Shown here piece by piece: positions 63,312 to 64,000 of a DNA stretch of 64,000 nucleotides; position 1 is the stretch's first letter; each line of letters opens with the position of its first letter. The notes below the pieces were generated by a model. It was given only the letters and a program-made list of their open reading frames with translations. It had not been told where the DNA came from and ran no database searches. The position numbers were made by a program, and so were the translations under genes. The stretch spans positions 116,306 through 180,305 of the forward strand of contig MU619283.1 of assembly GCA_025201805.1 (NCBI GenBank), read 5' to 3'. This DNA is from Parasitella parasitica NRRL 2501. Its lineage: Eukaryota; Fungi; Mucoromycota.

Positions 63312-64000
63312 AAATTTTACCATGCTCAACCCAGCTCTGTGCGATAGATGTGCAGCTTTTTTTTTAGAAAACGTGTATACATAAGCTATAATAGAAACTT
63401 ACTCCTCCAATGATCTCCCATTGGCCATGCTTTTCAACTTTTTGAATCTTTTCAAAAATAGCTGGGTACAATTCCTTCAGCCATTCATACTGCTGTACCT
63501 GAGATCCTGTAAACACATAATCAGGATATCTCCCAATCAGATCCAGCTGGCTTGACCAAGACCTAGCAATTTTGCGCTTTGTCTCATCATAGGGCCACAG
63601 CCAAGCGGTGTCAATATGGCAATTTCCAACAGCCGTGATCTGATGTTGGCCAGTTCCGTTTTTAGCACTCAAGAACTCACGAGTCAAATCAATGCAAGCT
63701 TGAATTGCTTTATCGTCGTCGCCGATAAAGTTGTTGATCACTTCGTTGGCTACCCACAAAGCTTTTCTGGCCCGAGAGGACTCTTGATCCGTATCAAAAG
63801 CAATTCCACGAATAATGCTGAAATAATACGTCAAAATCAAGATTCACAATAAATACAATCATCCATATTCTCGTATAGACTTACGATAGATCATGGTACA
63901 GCTTTTGAATTGGCTCGTTTGCCACTACCAAATCAGCTCGTTCAAGGTTGAAATATCGATTGGGGTCTGCCACCATAGCATCATTGGCGCCAACGCCAAA
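59935..64000 (-). CDS. AMS1: GH38 alpha-mannosidase (Ams1/MAN2C1-like), 5' end outside window
   Basis: HIDTAWLWP; WLPDSFGYS; [10 protein letters not shown]; [14 protein letters not shown]; [10 protein letters not shown]; RPTHYNT; LSLLRAPK; LRLYEAYGG. Stop at 59935. Confidence 0.95.

Noticed and set aside
837-64000. U12-type (AT-AC) or GC-AG introns and TGA-CTA read-through contexts
   Set aside because: All introns I traced resolve as GT-AG without the GTATCCT signature, and no stop codon showed the read-through context. Not every intron was checked exhaustively.

Overview
Eukaryotic, intron-rich fungal genomic DNA from a draft assembly with six N gaps, each bordered by poly-T/poly-A runs. 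Gene content and the PKA regulatory subunit sequence point to a Mucorales fungus close to Mucor; this is my inference and was not confirmed by a search. There are about 22 protein-coding genes with short (~50-70 nt) GT-AG introns: PAN1-like, DH-PH-CNH RhoGEF, coiled-coil protein, Pcl/Clg1-like cyclin, secreted protein, PPR protein, COG2, FkbM methyltransferase, MTA9-like MT-A70 protein, DUF3455 protein, THI20, SMC6, GPI-anchored Kre9-like protein, ALG2, POL1, USP protein, RPS26, secreted protein, pkaR1, septin CDC12 and a partial AMS1. Signals the ORF track misses: (1) two spliced C-terminal SH3 domains that make Pan1 intersectin-like; (2) an MTA9-type subunit of the DNA 6mA methyltransferase that keeps a DPP motif; (3) a long degenerate inverted duplication whose left arm is interrupted by a 694-bp TGTTG...CAACA solo-LTR-like insertion; (4) a candidate intron-hosted box C/D snoRNA (snR71/SNORD29-like) upstream of pkaR1; (5) in-frame alternative splice donors and a D-to-G change in pkaR1; (6) microexons in AMS1; (7) a small unannotated spliced ORF; (8) several decayed transposon fragments. 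I did not find a complete, self-contained novel multi-gene system. All coordinates were read by hand and may be off by a few bases.
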